A stretch of 51,737 nt of DNA from an uncultured Verrucomicrobiota bacterium (GTDB lineage: Bacteria; Verrucomicrobiota; Verrucomicrobiia; Limisphaerales; JAHDYP01), in the NCBI GenBank assembly GCA_964432995.1, contig CAYSPU010000004.1, positions 1 to 51,737 of the forward strand. The letters are read 5' to 3'. The notes under the pieces are model-generated. The model searched no databases and was not told the origin of the DNA. It saw only the letters and a list, made by a program, of their open reading frames with translations. The translations under genes were made by a program, and so were the position numbers. Positions 22,078-31,424 of the stretch are shown here, piece by piece. Each line of letters opens with the position of its first letter. Within the stretch, counting starts at the first letter, position 1.

Positions 22078-23139
22078 TCATCGACGCCTCCCGTAGTAGT
22101 ACACACAGCTTCGGTAGGGCATTTCGAATGATCTCTTCGGAGTCGCTTGGTGGCGCGGGTTCTTGGTCAGCGAGGAAAAGAACTCCTGCTGGTAGTTCAT
22201 GACCCAGCGACACGAGGAATCGAACCGGAGCCGATCCACCCCGCGACATCGCAGCATCGTGAAGAGTCCCCCCGAACGCCAGCGCTCCATCCGGATGATC
22301 GCGGCGTAGTGGTCGGATTGGATGCCGCCGCCCATGCCCCACGAGAAGCCGTAGAGATCCTCGCTACCCAGGTATTCCATCTGCGGCGTGGCGCGGCCAT
22401 CAAGGTAGATCTCCTGGTTGGCCTCACAGATGAGGTCGCTGGTCACGGTCTCGGGTTGGTCGGCCTGAACCTGCAGCCAATGCGCCACGATCGCCCCCGG
22501 CCCGCGGAGGTCGCAGAGCTCGATCGTGTTCTCCGGAATCCTGGCGCTCCCGACACGGTAGTCCACCAGCAAATACCCGGTTCGCTTCGGCAGCGACTTG
22601 AGTTTCTCCCACTGGATGTCGCTGTAGCCGCCGAAGCCGTTCTCGGTCGGGTTCTCCACCTCAATGCGGATGTGTTTCCGGAAGGGCATCGGCAACCGGA
22701 AATTGTGCGATTCCTTCACATGGGAGAAGTAGACCGTGCTGTAATGCGCCGTCCGGGCCTCGACGTCGCCGAGGAAATCCATCCACGGCATTTCGATGGA
22801 CGGCTTCTCCTCATGGTCGTACCAGACGCGGATCACCAACTGACCCTGGTCGCCGCCGTGATACTTCGAGGCATGGAACAGCGTAACCACCCCCGGCCCG
22901 TCCACCTCGAGCATGACGGTCTTCGACCTGGGCGTCAGCTCGGCGAGCTGGGGATACTTGTCGTTGGGCCAGTGACTGATCGCCAACTGGCTCTGGGCCC
23001 CGTCGCCAACGGCGGTCAGTTGCTGCCAGCCGTCCTGGGCGATGGCGGAGACCGCGCCGATCCCGATGTTCGCACCTCCCAAGGCGCAAACCAGCGCGGT
23101 CGTGATTCGATCCATCATGTCGCCTTCTCCCTCGGGCAT
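22078..23139 (-). CDS. DUF2961 / GH172-family protein
   Basis: Signal peptide after MMDRITTALVCALGG. Motifs GPGVVTLFH, GPGAIVAHWL and MEYLGSEDLYGFSWG fit the DUF2961 beta-jelly-roll family pattern. The start may be at 23118 instead. Confidence 0.65.
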   Translation of the reverse strand: MPEGEGDMMDRITTALVCALGGANIGIGAVSAIAQDGWQQLTAVGDGAQSQLAISHWPNDKYPQLAELTPRSKTVMLEVDGPGVVTLFHASKYHGGDQGQLVIRVWYDHEEKPSIEMPWMDFLGDVEARTAHYSTVYFSHVKESHNFRLPMPFRKHIRIEVENPTENGFGGYSDIQWEKLKSLPKRTGYLLVDYRVGSARIPENTIELCDLRGPGAIVAHWLQVQADQPETVTSDLICEANQEIYLDGRATPQMEYLGSEDLYGFSWGMGGGIQSDHYAAIIRMERWRSGGLFTMLRCRGVDRLRFDSSCRWVMNYQQEFFSSLTKNPRHQATPKRSFEMPYRSCVYYYGRRR

Positions 23140-23258
23140 GTTCCTATCACCACGTCAGGCCCCTGTCGAGTTGACTCGAGGTGCCCGGATCCTTGCGTGA
23201 GTGGCGGCCCGAGGACAGCGAACGGTGACTGCGCTTCTGGCCGCGTGCAACGCGATGC

Positions 23259-23723
23259 TCAAGTCTTGGAGTCCGGGACGACCACAAAGCGGGTCCGGAC
23301 GCTTTCGGGGATGGCACAAGGGCGACCAGTCCTGGCGTTCACGAAAACCCAGTCGGTCTCGCCCCGGGCCAGGAGTTTGGCGTCGGACATTCGCACGAAA
23401 CGGTAGCGGCGGAGAGAGCGGACACGCTGGAAGTTCACGACCCAGGTGGTGGCCTCGATGACATCGCCAGCAAACGCGGGGGAGAGGTACTCGATGCGGT
23501 GAGTGCGGACGACCCAAGAGCACCCCACGGCGCGCACGGCGGCGCTGCCGCCGGTGGTTTCGGAGTGGCGGATCGCGACGTCCTGCATCCACTGGACGTA
23601 AACCACATTGTTCACGTGCCCGTTCTCGTCGATCGCGCCGCTGGGCACGGTGAATCGATGGCGAAAGATGCCGGGAGTTACGGGATCGGTCGGGTTCACA
23701 GGCAGAGCGTCGGTCAGTTTCAT
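23259..23723 (-). CDS. acyl-CoA thioesterase, 4HBT/YbgC-type hotdog fold
   Basis: FRHRFTVPSGAIDENGHVNNVVYVQWMQD..., RIEYLSPAFAGDVIEATTWV; 154 aa. Confidence 0.8.
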   Translation of the reverse strand: MKLTDALPVNPTDPVTPGIFRHRFTVPSGAIDENGHVNNVVYVQWMQDVAIRHSETTGGSAAVRAVGCSWVVRTHRIEYLSPAFAGDVIEATTWVVNFQRVRSLRRYRFVRMSDAKLLARGETDWVFVNARTGRPCAIPESVRTRFVVVPDSKT

Positions 23724-24121
23724 CGATGCTCGGACACAGGATGCTCACGTCCGGTGACGCGAGCACCCTACGAATCCCCACGTTCCGAGTCAAACCACTG
23801 ACCCACGCCCAAATCCGCGCCTGACCCGGACATTTCGCGCTCCCGGCGTGGAGAGTCCGCCCGCAGGGCCGCGTCCCGAAGGGCGGGACAGGCGAAGGGG
23901 AGACGGCGTCCGGCGAGCGCGGCTTTGCGCGCGGCGGGACCTTTTGACTTTCCGCGTGACACACCTCGGGGATAAGGTATGCCGCGGAGCCGGCGAGGAA
24001 TTGCCCGGGCGCGCGTTGGCACCTCTTCCGTCAGGGGAAGATGGCAGGGCTGCCCGGCCCTTCGGGCGACAGCGCCTGGCTTCGCGCGAAACCCTGGAGA
24101 AGCAGGGGATCCGACCGGTCC

Positions 24122-24955
24122 ATGGCCATTCGACTGCACAGGAAGCATCCGGTATCACCCATGCGCCGGATTGCTTTGGGCACGTGGCGGACGGTGGGCG
24201 ATCCGAGCGTCTACAGCACGATGGTGATCCGGATGGAGAAGGCCCTCGAGTACCTGCGAGCCTTCCGGCGAGGGAAACGGAAACCGGTCACCACGCTGCA
24301 CTTGCTGGTCAAAGCCATGGCCGGAATCCTCGAGCGGATCCCCGAAGCCAACGCCATCATCCGCTTCAACCGCATCTACCTCCGCGACGAGATCAACATC
24401 TTCTGTCAGGTCCACCTGCCCGATCCCGAGTCCGGCGAACCCGACTTGTCCGGCGTCACACTCTATCGCGTCAACGAGAAGTCGCTCGAACAGGTGGTGG
24501 ACGAGTTCCGGGCCCGGGTGAAGCAGATCCGGCGGCGCGAAGACCCGGAGCTCGAAGGGATCCGCCGACGGTTTCGGCACGTGCCGTTTCTTCTGCTGCC
24601 GCCATTCCTGAACCTGGTCAGTTTCCTGGTCTGCACGCTGAATCTGGACCTGCGGTGGGCCGGTCTGCCGCGCGACCCCTTCGGCGGCCTCATGATCAGC
24701 AACGTGGCCGCCTACGGCATGCAGGACGTCTTCGCTCCCCTCATCCCCTACAGCCGCGTCCCCATCCAACTGGCGATGGGACCGGTCCACACCGAACCCG
24801 TCGCCGAAGGCGACGCCGTCGTCGTGGCCAAGGTCCTGCGGATCAACGCCACGTTCGACCATCGGATCATGGACGGCGCGCGGGCGGCCGCCATCGCGCG
24901 ATTGTTGCGGGAGGCCTTCGAAGACCCCTTCGGACACTTCGACGCGATCTCCTGA
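24122..24955 (+). CDS. 2-oxoacid dehydrogenase E2-type acyltransferase catalytic-domain protein (stand-alone)
   Basis: ATG 24122 within ORF 24041..24955. C-terminal catalytic motif ATFDHRIMDGARAA (DHRxxDG). No lipoyl domain. Confidence 0.7.
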   Translation: MAIRLHRKHPVSPMRRIALGTWRTVGDPSVYSTMVIRMEKALEYLRAFRRGKRKPVTTLHLLVKAMAGILERIPEANAIIRFNRIYLRDEINIFCQVHLPDPESGEPDLSGVTLYRVNEKSLEQVVDEFRARVKQIRRREDPELEGIRRRFRHVPFLLLPPFLNLVSFLVCTLNLDLRWAGLPRDPFGGLMISNVAAYGMQDVFAPLIPYSRVPIQLAMGPVHTEPVAEGDAVVVAKVLRINATFDHRIMDGARAAAIARLLREAFEDPFGHFDAIS

Positions 24956-24991
24956 CGCGACGAGCGCCGCCCGACCTGCCCCCTTCACTCC

Positions 24992-25015
24992 GTAGCCGCG
25001 GACGTCAGTCCGCGC
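24992..25015 (+). repeat. REP-C hairpin (gtagccgcggacgtSagtccgcgc)
   Basis: Stem GCGGAC/GTCCGC with loop gtca. Lies 37 nt after the acyltransferase stop. Confidence 0.75.
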
Positions 25016-25108
25016 ATTCATCTGCAGCACCACGTCCGTTGACCGGATGTGAGCTTGCCCTCCCCCATGAGTCCCCCGCCCATTCCGGGGGTGCCACTTC
25101 GCATGAAA

Positions 25109-25134
25109 GGTAGGGCGACCTCTCCGAGGGCGCC
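25109..25134 (+). repeat. REP-A core
   Basis: Exact 26-nt core, preceded by the same catgaNtccccc..cccattccgggg..ccacttcgcatgaaa module as at 34063. Confidence 0.9.
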
Positions 25135-25225
25135 GACGGACGGCGGATCGGCAAGTCGGCATGTCGGCGAGTCAGTCCTGTTCACGGCCGCAACGTGCGA
25201 ATGGCTTCGACGGGTTTTCACCCCG

Positions 25226-25255
25226 CCCTCTCCCTCAGCGGGCTGGGGGAGAGGG
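25226..25255. repeat. CCCTCTCCC-loop-GGGAGAGGG hairpin
   Basis: ccctctccctcagcgggctgggggagaggg. Confidence 0.75.
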
Positions 25256-25316
25256 TGTCCGGAGGATGGGTGAGGGGGACGTGACGACGCGGCTGTGCCG
25301 AGTTCGTCCGCGTTAC

Positions 25317-25360
25317 TGCCTCCTTCCACGCCCGGAACGGGCCTGCGCTGCTGGACACTG
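25317..25360 (+). repeat. REP-J repeat (tgcctccttccacgc..cgg.acg.gcct.cg.tgctggacactg)
   Basis: Shared with 32980-33023, with about 6 substitutions. Confidence 0.75.
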
Positions 25361-25449
25361 CCCCCGGACCGTGGCCCTTCCCTGGCCCGCCGCAGCCTGG
25401 CGAAGGCGGGTGAGCCGCAGCCGGACCGCAACCGCACGCCGGATTGGCT

Positions 25450-25470
25450 CTGCGGGTCAGAAGACCCGCG
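25450..25470 (+). repeat. REP-D hairpin core only
   Basis: ctgcgggtcagaagacccgcg. Confidence 0.6.
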
Positions 25471-25569
25471 CCCCAAAGGGCTGAGCAGGCGGATTGGAGG
25501 CAGTGTCGAGATGCACCCCGTTCAGCATCCCTGTCGACAAAGTTGACGACAAAGTCGGTGAGGGCCGCC

Positions 25570-27264
25570 ATGCTCGGCCTTGTGAGCCGGCATTGGCTCC
25601 CCATCATCATTTTGACCGCAGTGGGCCTGTGCGTCCTGCGGCTCTCGGGACCGCCGGACCTGGCCGACGAATACCACCAGGAACGGGTCGCGGCGCATGT
25701 GCTCGACGTGCTGGTGCACGGGCATTGGACCTGCCAGTACGGTCTGTATGGGGAAGTGGCCTCGAAGCCCCCGCTCTACGCGTGGCTCGCCGCCCTGGGC
25801 AACATCGCGTCGCCGACTCCAACCTGGTGGGCACTGGTGTGGCCCGCCGCCGCCGCCACCCTCCTCACCGCCGGACTGCTCTACACCGCCGGACAACGGT
25901 ATTTCGGTGAACTCGCCGGAACCCTCGCCGCTTTCGCGTTTCTGTTGTCGCCCGTCGGCGTCAAGCAGATGGGCCTGGTGCGCATTGACGGGCTCTTCGC
26001 ATGCACCGTGTTCGTCGCCCTGCTGCTGGCGCTGCACGCCTGGGAACGCGGACGCGGCTGGACCTGGTTCTGGCTCGCCGCGGCGGTCTCGACTCTGGCC
26101 AAAGGACCGTTGGGCTTGATGCTGGCATCGCTGGGATTGCTGGCCGCGGTCTGGGAACGCCGGACCGGATTACCGGCCCCGCTGCGCGGGTCGCACGCGA
26201 TCGGATGCCTGCTGTTCCTGGCAATCACCGGCGCGTGGTTCGCACTGGCCTACGCCGAGGTCGGCCCGCCGCTGGTCAGAACCCTGATCGACGACGAGTT
26301 GGTGGGGCACGCCGTGGGCGGCCGGGATCAGCAGGTTCCCCTGCGCGAGTTCTACAAACCGACACTCTACCTGCTCTCGCGGTTCCTTCCCTGGAGTCTG
26401 CTCCTGGTGACGGCGCTCTGGCGCGTGTTCCGCCGGCCGGCGGCGGTTCCCGAGGAACGCCGACGCGAACGGTTCCTGACCTGCAGCATCCTCGGCGGCC
26501 TCAGCGTCTTCTCCCTGGCGGCGCATCAGCGCGCCGACCTGATCTTTCCGCTCGTGCCCCCGGCGGCTTTGCTGGTCGGTCGGGAGCTGGCCCGGTGGCT
26601 CGGCCGCTGGGAACCCGTGCGCCTCCGACCCTGGATCGCTGCCGGCGCCGCGCTCGGACTTGCCCTGGCCGGCTTCAAGTATCACGTTCAGGTCCTGGGC
26701 AAGGATCAGGTCCAGCGGACCCGCGGCGTCCGGGAGTTGGCCCGCCTCATCGAACAGAAGGTAGGGCGCGCGTTCCCGCTCTGCCACGTGAACTCCCCGG
26801 CGACGCTGCAGTTCTTCCTGGGAACCAAGTGGCCGCTGACCTCGGCCGACGCCGCCGCGACACTGCTCGCCGGCGAGAGCCCGGCCTTCGTGGTCGCACC
26901 CGACGCCGCGGCCCTGCGCCGCCGCATGGGAGAACGTGCGGAGCGTGTGCACGAAGTGGCACGCGCCGACTTGGACCGCGGGCGTTCGCTCTCCATCCTC
27001 GCGAACGTGCCGACGCTCGAATGGAGCGACCGGATCGCCACCCGGTTCGGACCGTGGACGGTGGAATCGAGGGGGGCCCGCGGCATGGCACTCCGGGGCA
27101 ACCGTCTCGAGGTCGCAGGCTCGCCGGCCTCGGGTCGACTCGCGATCCAGAACTCGGGCGACACGCCTCAGTCGCTTCGGGTTTGCTGGCGACAAACCGG
27201 CCTGGTCTGCGAACATCTCGTGGCGCTCGCCCCGGGCCAGACGTGGATGTCCGCAAGAGAATGA
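25570..27264 (+). CDS. glycosyltransferase family 39 (ArnT/PMT-like) membrane protein
   Basis: ATG 25570 within ORF 25444..27264. Multi-TM N-terminal half with SKPPLYAWLAAL and LAKGPLG motifs, plus a soluble C-terminal domain. Confidence 0.75.
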   Translation: MLGLVSRHWLPIIILTAVGLCVLRLSGPPDLADEYHQERVAAHVLDVLVHGHWTCQYGLYGEVASKPPLYAWLAALGNIASPTPTWWALVWPAAAATLLTAGLLYTAGQRYFGELAGTLAAFAFLLSPVGVKQMGLVRIDGLFACTVFVALLLALHAWERGRGWTWFWLAAAVSTLAKGPLGLMLASLGLLAAVWERRTGLPAPLRGSHAIGCLLFLAITGAWFALAYAEVGPPLVRTLIDDELVGHAVGGRDQQVPLREFYKPTLYLLSRFLPWSLLLVTALWRVFRRPAAVPEERRRERFLTCSILGGLSVFSLAAHQRADLIFPLVPPAALLVGRELARWLGRWEPVRLRPWIAAGAALGLALAGFKYHVQVLGKDQVQRTRGVRELARLIEQKVGRAFPLCHVNSPATLQFFLGTKWPLTSADAAATLLAGESPAFVVAPDAAALRRRMGERAERVHEVARADLDRGRSLSILANVPTLEWSDRIATRFGPWTVESRGARGMALRGNRLEVAGSPASGRLAIQNSGDTPQSLRVCWRQTGLVCEHLVALAPGQTWMSARE

Positions 27265-27311
27265 CCGTGCCAGCCGCTCCCGCGGCCGCGGACGTCGCCC
27301 ATGATGGCGCG

Positions 27312-28721
27312 TCAATCCTGAAACCCTGTTTGGTCTTTGCGGTCCTTGGCGGCCTTCTGTTCAAAACCAGCAAGCGGGGGCTCTTCCGCGTCTCCGCGTC
27401 CCGGTTCCTGGGCGCGCGCTTGGCGTTGGCGCGCCCAAGCCAGAGCCTCGTCCCGGCTCCGGAGTTCTTCCTGCAATTGGAGATCACGGATTTCGGAGAG
27501 GGCTTCCCCGAGCGCGGGGCCCGGTTTCCAGCCGAGCGCCAGCAGGTCGTTGCCGTTGACCAGGGGCGGGCGCAGCGCCGGTTGGGCGTCGAACTCCCGC
27601 TGTTGCTGCTGTAAGAACTCGTAGTGATCGAGCAGGCCGTGCGAGCCCAGGCAGTCCAGACGGTGCAACTCAAGTTCGAGGGCGAAGGTGGGGCGGAGCA
27701 GCATCTTCCGGAGGGTCGCCCGACGCATGCGCCGGACGTCCTTGAACTGCATGTGATGCCGGACGCAGGCCACGACCTGGTCGATCAGGCGGCGGGGAAA
27801 GCGGAGGCGGGTGAGGAGTTCCTCGGCCATGACGGCGCCAAGTCGCTCATGTCCGTAGAAGTGGATGACGCCGGAGGACGGGTCGCGGGTCGCCGACGCC
27901 GGCTTGGCGATGTCGTGCAGCAGCACCGCCCAGGGAAGCCCCGGATCGGCGTTGGCCGGCAGCAGCGACAACATGCGCCGTACGTGTTCGTAGACGGTGC
28001 CTTCCGGGTGGTACTCCGGGGATTGATCGCAGGTCAGCAGCGGCACCGCCTCGGGCAACACGCGCGGGAGCAGGCCGCTCGAGCGAAGCGATTCGAGGCC
28101 CGCAGCCGCGTGCGGCGGCGCGAACAACCGGATCAGTTCCTCCCGAATCCGCTCCGCCGAGACGGAGACGATGCGGTTCGCCATGCGCCCGACCGCCTCC
28201 AGCGTCTCGGGTTCGATGGTGAAATCGAGCTGGGCGGCAAAGCGCACGGCCCGCAGCAATCGCAGGTGATCTTCGGCGAAGCGCTCCTCCGGCCGGCCGA
28301 TGGTGCGGATCCGGCGCTGCTCCAGGTCCTCCCGGCCGCCTACCCAGTCGTGCAGCGCTTGTCCCACCGGGTCGAAGAACAGGCCGTTGATGGTGAAGTC
28401 GCGCCGCTGGGCGTCGGCCCGGGCCCCGGCGAACGTCACCTGTTCCGGATGCCGACCATCCCGGTAGTCGGCTTCCTGCCGGAACGTGGCCACCTGGAAC
28501 GAGATCCCGTTCTCGACCACCAACAGGACGCCGAACTGGCGACCGACCGGGATCGTCTGCCGGAAGAGTCGTTCGACCTCCTCCGGCCGCGCCGAGGTGG
28601 CGATGTCGTAGTCCTTCGGTTCCTTGCCGAGCAAGGTGTCGCGCACGCAACCGCCAACCCAGAAGGCCTCGTGGCCCGCGGACTGGAGGCGCTGAACAAT
28701 CGCGGTTGCCAGGATGCGCAT
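27312..28721 (-). CDS. cca: CCA-adding tRNA nucleotidyltransferase (PolyA-pol head + HD domain) with C-terminal extension
   Basis: EAFWVGGCVRDTLLGKEPKDYDIATSARPEEV, RRDFTINGLFFD, and the HD region LLHDIAKP...HFYGHERLGA. Confidence 0.9.
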   Translation of the reverse strand: MRILATAIVQRLQSAGHEAFWVGGCVRDTLLGKEPKDYDIATSARPEEVERLFRQTIPVGRQFGVLLVVENGISFQVATFRQEADYRDGRHPEQVTFAGARADAQRRDFTINGLFFDPVGQALHDWVGGREDLEQRRIRTIGRPEERFAEDHLRLLRAVRFAAQLDFTIEPETLEAVGRMANRIVSVSAERIREELIRLFAPPHAAAGLESLRSSGLLPRVLPEAVPLLTCDQSPEYHPEGTVYEHVRRMLSLLPANADPGLPWAVLLHDIAKPASATRDPSSGVIHFYGHERLGAVMAEELLTRLRFPRRLIDQVVACVRHHMQFKDVRRMRRATLRKMLLRPTFALELELHRLDCLGSHGLLDHYEFLQQQQREFDAQPALRPPLVNGNDLLALGWKPGPALGEALSEIRDLQLQEELRSRDEALAWARQRQARAQEPGRGDAEEPPLAGFEQKAAKDRKDQTGFQD

Positions 28722-28982
28722 GCTGGGATTGAAGCCTGTCCGCCGCGCCCGTGTCAGCCATGAAAATCAAGGCGCCCCGATCCCGATTCTCCCGCTGGTG
28801 CGGTGGCGGGCGGTGACGCGCCGCTCCCGACGATGGACAACGCGTGGTTGGTCGGGGACTCCCCAGCCCGGAAATCTCACGATGGCTGAGTGCCTGTGAT
28901 TTCCGGGCTCAGGCCGCGCGCGAGGCCGCCCGACGTCTCGCCGGCGGAGCCGAGTTCAGGCCACTGCGGCCCAAGGACCCTG

Positions 28983-29020
28983 GTGCAACTTTTTGTCGTA
29001 TATACGACAAAAGGTTGCAC
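28983..29020. repeat. 38-nt palindrome GTGCAACTTTTTGTCGTATATACGACAAAAGGTTGCAC, related to the 21944-21979 element
   Basis: One mismatch in the arms. It shares GCAACyTTTTGT-N8-CGACAAAAGGTTGCAC with the other copy at identical spacing. Lies between the UPF0104 gene stop and the cca start. Confidence 0.85.
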
Positions 29021-29114
29021 TGCCGGAAAAGTGACTGCACACGAACACGAATGGCTCTTGGCCGGCAGAAACACCTGGGGTCGTGCCCTGGAACGGCAAG
29101 ATGCGAACGGGAGT

Positions 29115-30248
29115 TCAGCCGCCGCCCGGAGACGGCGATGCGGTGTTCGCCGCGTTCGCCCCTTCGGCAGCCACTTCCGCCAGATGATGCCTCTCCTTGA
29201 AAGCGAGGTAGACCAGTCCGCCCACCAGGCTCCAGGCGAGGAAACCGAAATAGGCCAGAAGCGAGACCGAAAGCGCGGTGGTCTTCGGCACCAGCAGTGC
29301 CGGGCCGGAGAGGGTCAGGACGTAGAGGTTCTCGCGCAGGCCGAGCCCGCTGGGGGTGATGGGCAGCGCGGAGATGCACATGATCAGCGGGACCACCACA
29401 AACCAGATCAAGGCGGGGGTGTCGACGCCCAGGCCCCAGGCCACGGTCATGACCTGCAGCACGCAGAAGAGATTGAGCAGGAAGGAGACGAGCATCGAAC
29501 GGATGAGGACGTCCCGGTGGCTGCCGAAAGACCGGCAGGCGTCCAGCGACTGTTCGAGCCACGCGCCCTTGGGCAAGCGCCGCAGCCAGTGTCGGGCCTG
29601 CGGCCAGGCACGGGAAAGGCCGCCCCAGAAGGCCAAGCCGAGCACCACGCTGCAGATGGCCAGCATGCCCAGCGCCACCCACACCGCCGCCGCCAACTCG
29701 CGATGGCCGAGCAGGAACGGCAGGTTCAGCAGCATCATGATCGCCGCGAACAACAGCATCGAGAACAAGCCGATCAAGCGGTCCACAAAGACGGCCACGA
29801 TGGCTTCCGTCTTCTTGTGATGGGTCTCGCGAGCGGCGTAATAGGCCTTGAGGACGTCGCCCCCGGTTGATCCCAGGAGAAACGCGTTGAAGAACTGGGC
29901 GATCAGGGAGATCTCCGCCGCCCGTGGCCACGGCAACGCCAGCCCGTAGGTGCGCAAGACCAACTGCCAGCGCCACACCCCCAGCGCCAACGTCATGCCC
30001 ATGAACCCCAGGGACAACAGCAGCGTCCCGGGATCCATGAGTACCAGGGTCCGCCACAGGTTCAAGGGACCGGTCGTCCAGGCGAGGCGCCACTGTTCGG
30101 CGCGGCTCAGGGTGTCCCAGGCCAGCCCCCGGTTCTCGCAGATGCCCTGGGCTTCCGAGGCGAAGATGGAGTGGCAAATCCAGAGCAGGAGCACGGCGCA
30201 AACCACGAGGCGCCAGCCCACCTGCCAGACTTTCCGGGCCGACGTCAC
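29115..30248 (-). CDS. lysylphosphatidylglycerol-synthase-TM-like / UPF0104 flippase-like membrane protein
   Basis: ORF 29115..30734 trimmed to GTG 30248, which overlaps the upstream stop as GTGA. Polytopic, with FFNAFLLGSTGGDVLKAYYAAR...VFVDRLIG typical of UPF0104. The rejected N-terminal 162 aa is Arg/Pro junk overlapping the upstream gene. Confidence 0.7.
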   Translation of the reverse strand: MTSARKVWQVGWRLVVCAVLLLWICHSIFASEAQGICENRGLAWDTLSRAEQWRLAWTTGPLNLWRTLVLMDPGTLLLSLGFMGMTLALGVWRWQLVLRTYGLALPWPRAAEISLIAQFFNAFLLGSTGGDVLKAYYAARETHHKKTEAIVAVFVDRLIGLFSMLLFAAIMMLLNLPFLLGHRELAAAVWVALGMLAICSVVLGLAFWGGLSRAWPQARHWLRRLPKGAWLEQSLDACRSFGSHRDVLIRSMLVSFLLNLFCVLQVMTVAWGLGVDTPALIWFVVVPLIMCISALPITPSGLGLRENLYVLTLSGPALLVPKTTALSVSLLAYFGFLAWSLVGGLVYLAFKERHHLAEVAAEGANAANTASPSPGGG

Positions 30249-31159
30249 ACCGCACCCCAGGCTCGCTGCAGGAACTCCACTCCGGCGCGGAGGTCCTCCG
30301 CCTTGACGCTCGGGCTCATCTCGAACACGCGGATGTGTTCGGGTTTGACCCAGCGGCGGAGGGCGGCGAAGTCCACGGTCCCGCGTCCGGGGGGCCGGTG
30401 ATCCCGAGCGGGGAACTCGACGTCGTGAATGTGGAACCCGGCCAGGCGGTCGGCCATCGCGCCCAGGTGCATGGTGTGCACGATGAACCCCAGGTTCTCC
30501 TTGATCTGGGCGTGGCCGACGTCGTGCCAATAGCGCACCACCGCGTCGGGGAATTCGCGGAACAAGAGGGGGAAATCCGTTTCGAACGGGATCTCCTCCA
30601 GCGCCTCGCGGTTCTCGATGCCGAGCAGCAGGCCGCGGCGCTCGGCCTCCGGCACCAGCCGGCGCAGACACTCGTAGGCGGCTTCCTGGTGACGCTCCTT
30701 GCGCGCCTCCCGTTTCTCGATCACCTCCGCGCACAATCGTTCGTACTTCGACGTCTCCCGACGGTCTTGCCCCACCATTTCCGTCAGGCGCTCCGTGTAA
30801 TCCTTCAACTCCACGGCGCCCAGGTGGAGCACCACCAGGCGCGCCCCGACGCGTTCGGCCGTTTCGAAGGTCTTGAGCGTATGCCGGACGGCGTTCTCCC
30901 GTTCGCGCGGTTCCGGCGAGGTGAACTTGAAGACGTTCGGGTTGGCGTGTTGCACGCCGATCGGCAGCGGACAGAAGTTGTGCACCGTGGAGATGCGCAT
31001 CTCCCGGGCCGCGACGGCTTCGAGGATCCCCGGCAGCAGGCTGATGCGGATGCCGTGGCTCAGCTCGGCGTACTCGAAACCCTGGTCCCGAATCTCGCGC
31101 AGCATCTCGCGCCCGTCGGTATGCCGATGGGAATTCCAGCAGGTGGAAAGCGATACCAT
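30245..31159 (-). CDS. sugar phosphate isomerase/epimerase (xylose-isomerase-like TIM barrel)
   Basis: ATG 31159 (the ORF-track start at 31165 is a TTG). FEYAELSHG, RLVVLHLG, LLGIENRE, HDVGHAQ and FHIHDV metal-ligand-type motifs. Confidence 0.8.
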   Translation of the reverse strand: MVSLSTCWNSHRHTDGREMLREIRDQGFEYAELSHGIRISLLPGILEAVAAREMRISTVHNFCPLPIGVQHANPNVFKFTSPEPRERENAVRHTLKTFETAERVGARLVVLHLGAVELKDYTERLTEMVGQDRRETSKYERLCAEVIEKREARKERHQEAAYECLRRLVPEAERRGLLLGIENREALEEIPFETDFPLLFREFPDAVVRYWHDVGHAQIKENLGFIVHTMHLGAMADRLAGFHIHDVEFPARDHRPPGRGTVDFAALRRWVKPEHIRVFEMSPSVKAEDLRAGVEFLQRAWGAV

Positions 31160-31160
31160 A

Positions 31161-31200
31161 AACAAAAGGCCGGGTGACCTCGTGGGAGGGACACCCGGCC
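31161..31200 (-). terminator. intrinsic terminator downstream of rpsU
   Basis: On the minus strand, GGCCGGGTG(15-nt loop with inner CCTC/GAGG pairing)CACCCGGCC is followed directly by TTTTGTTT. It lies 27 nt after the rpsU stop. Confidence 0.65.
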
Positions 31201-31226
31201 GGCGACGCCGTTCAAAACGAACCTAC

Positions 31227-31424
31227 TTACTGGTCCGCATACCGAGCGCTCAGCATCGCGGCAAAACGCGCAATCTTCATCTTGCGGCGGCGCTTCTCGC
31301 TCGGCTTTTCATAGTGCCTGTGGTTGCGGACTTCCCTCAATGTCCCCTCCCGGTCGATCTTCTTCTTCAACCGGCGCAGGGCCTTTTCCACAGACTCGCC
31401 TTTTCTCAGCCTGATTTCCGTCAC
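31227..31424 (-). CDS. rpsU: 30S ribosomal protein S21
   Basis: GTG 31424 start (VTEIRLRKGESVEKALRRLKKKIDREGTLREVRNHRHYEKPSEKRRRK), 65 aa. A GAGGA-like sequence lies upstream. The remainder of ORF 31227..31502 is not S21-like. Confidence 0.9.
   Translation of the reverse strand: MTEIRLRKGESVEKALRRLKKKIDREGTLREVRNHRHYEKPSEKRRRKMKIARFAAMLSARYADQ

Noticed and set aside
29115-30734. Full 539-aa version of the UPF0104 membrane protein ORF.
   Set aside because: The first 162 residues are Arg/Pro/Gly junk overlapping the TIM-barrel isomerase gene. GTG 30248 gives a GTGA-coupled start right at the first TM segment.
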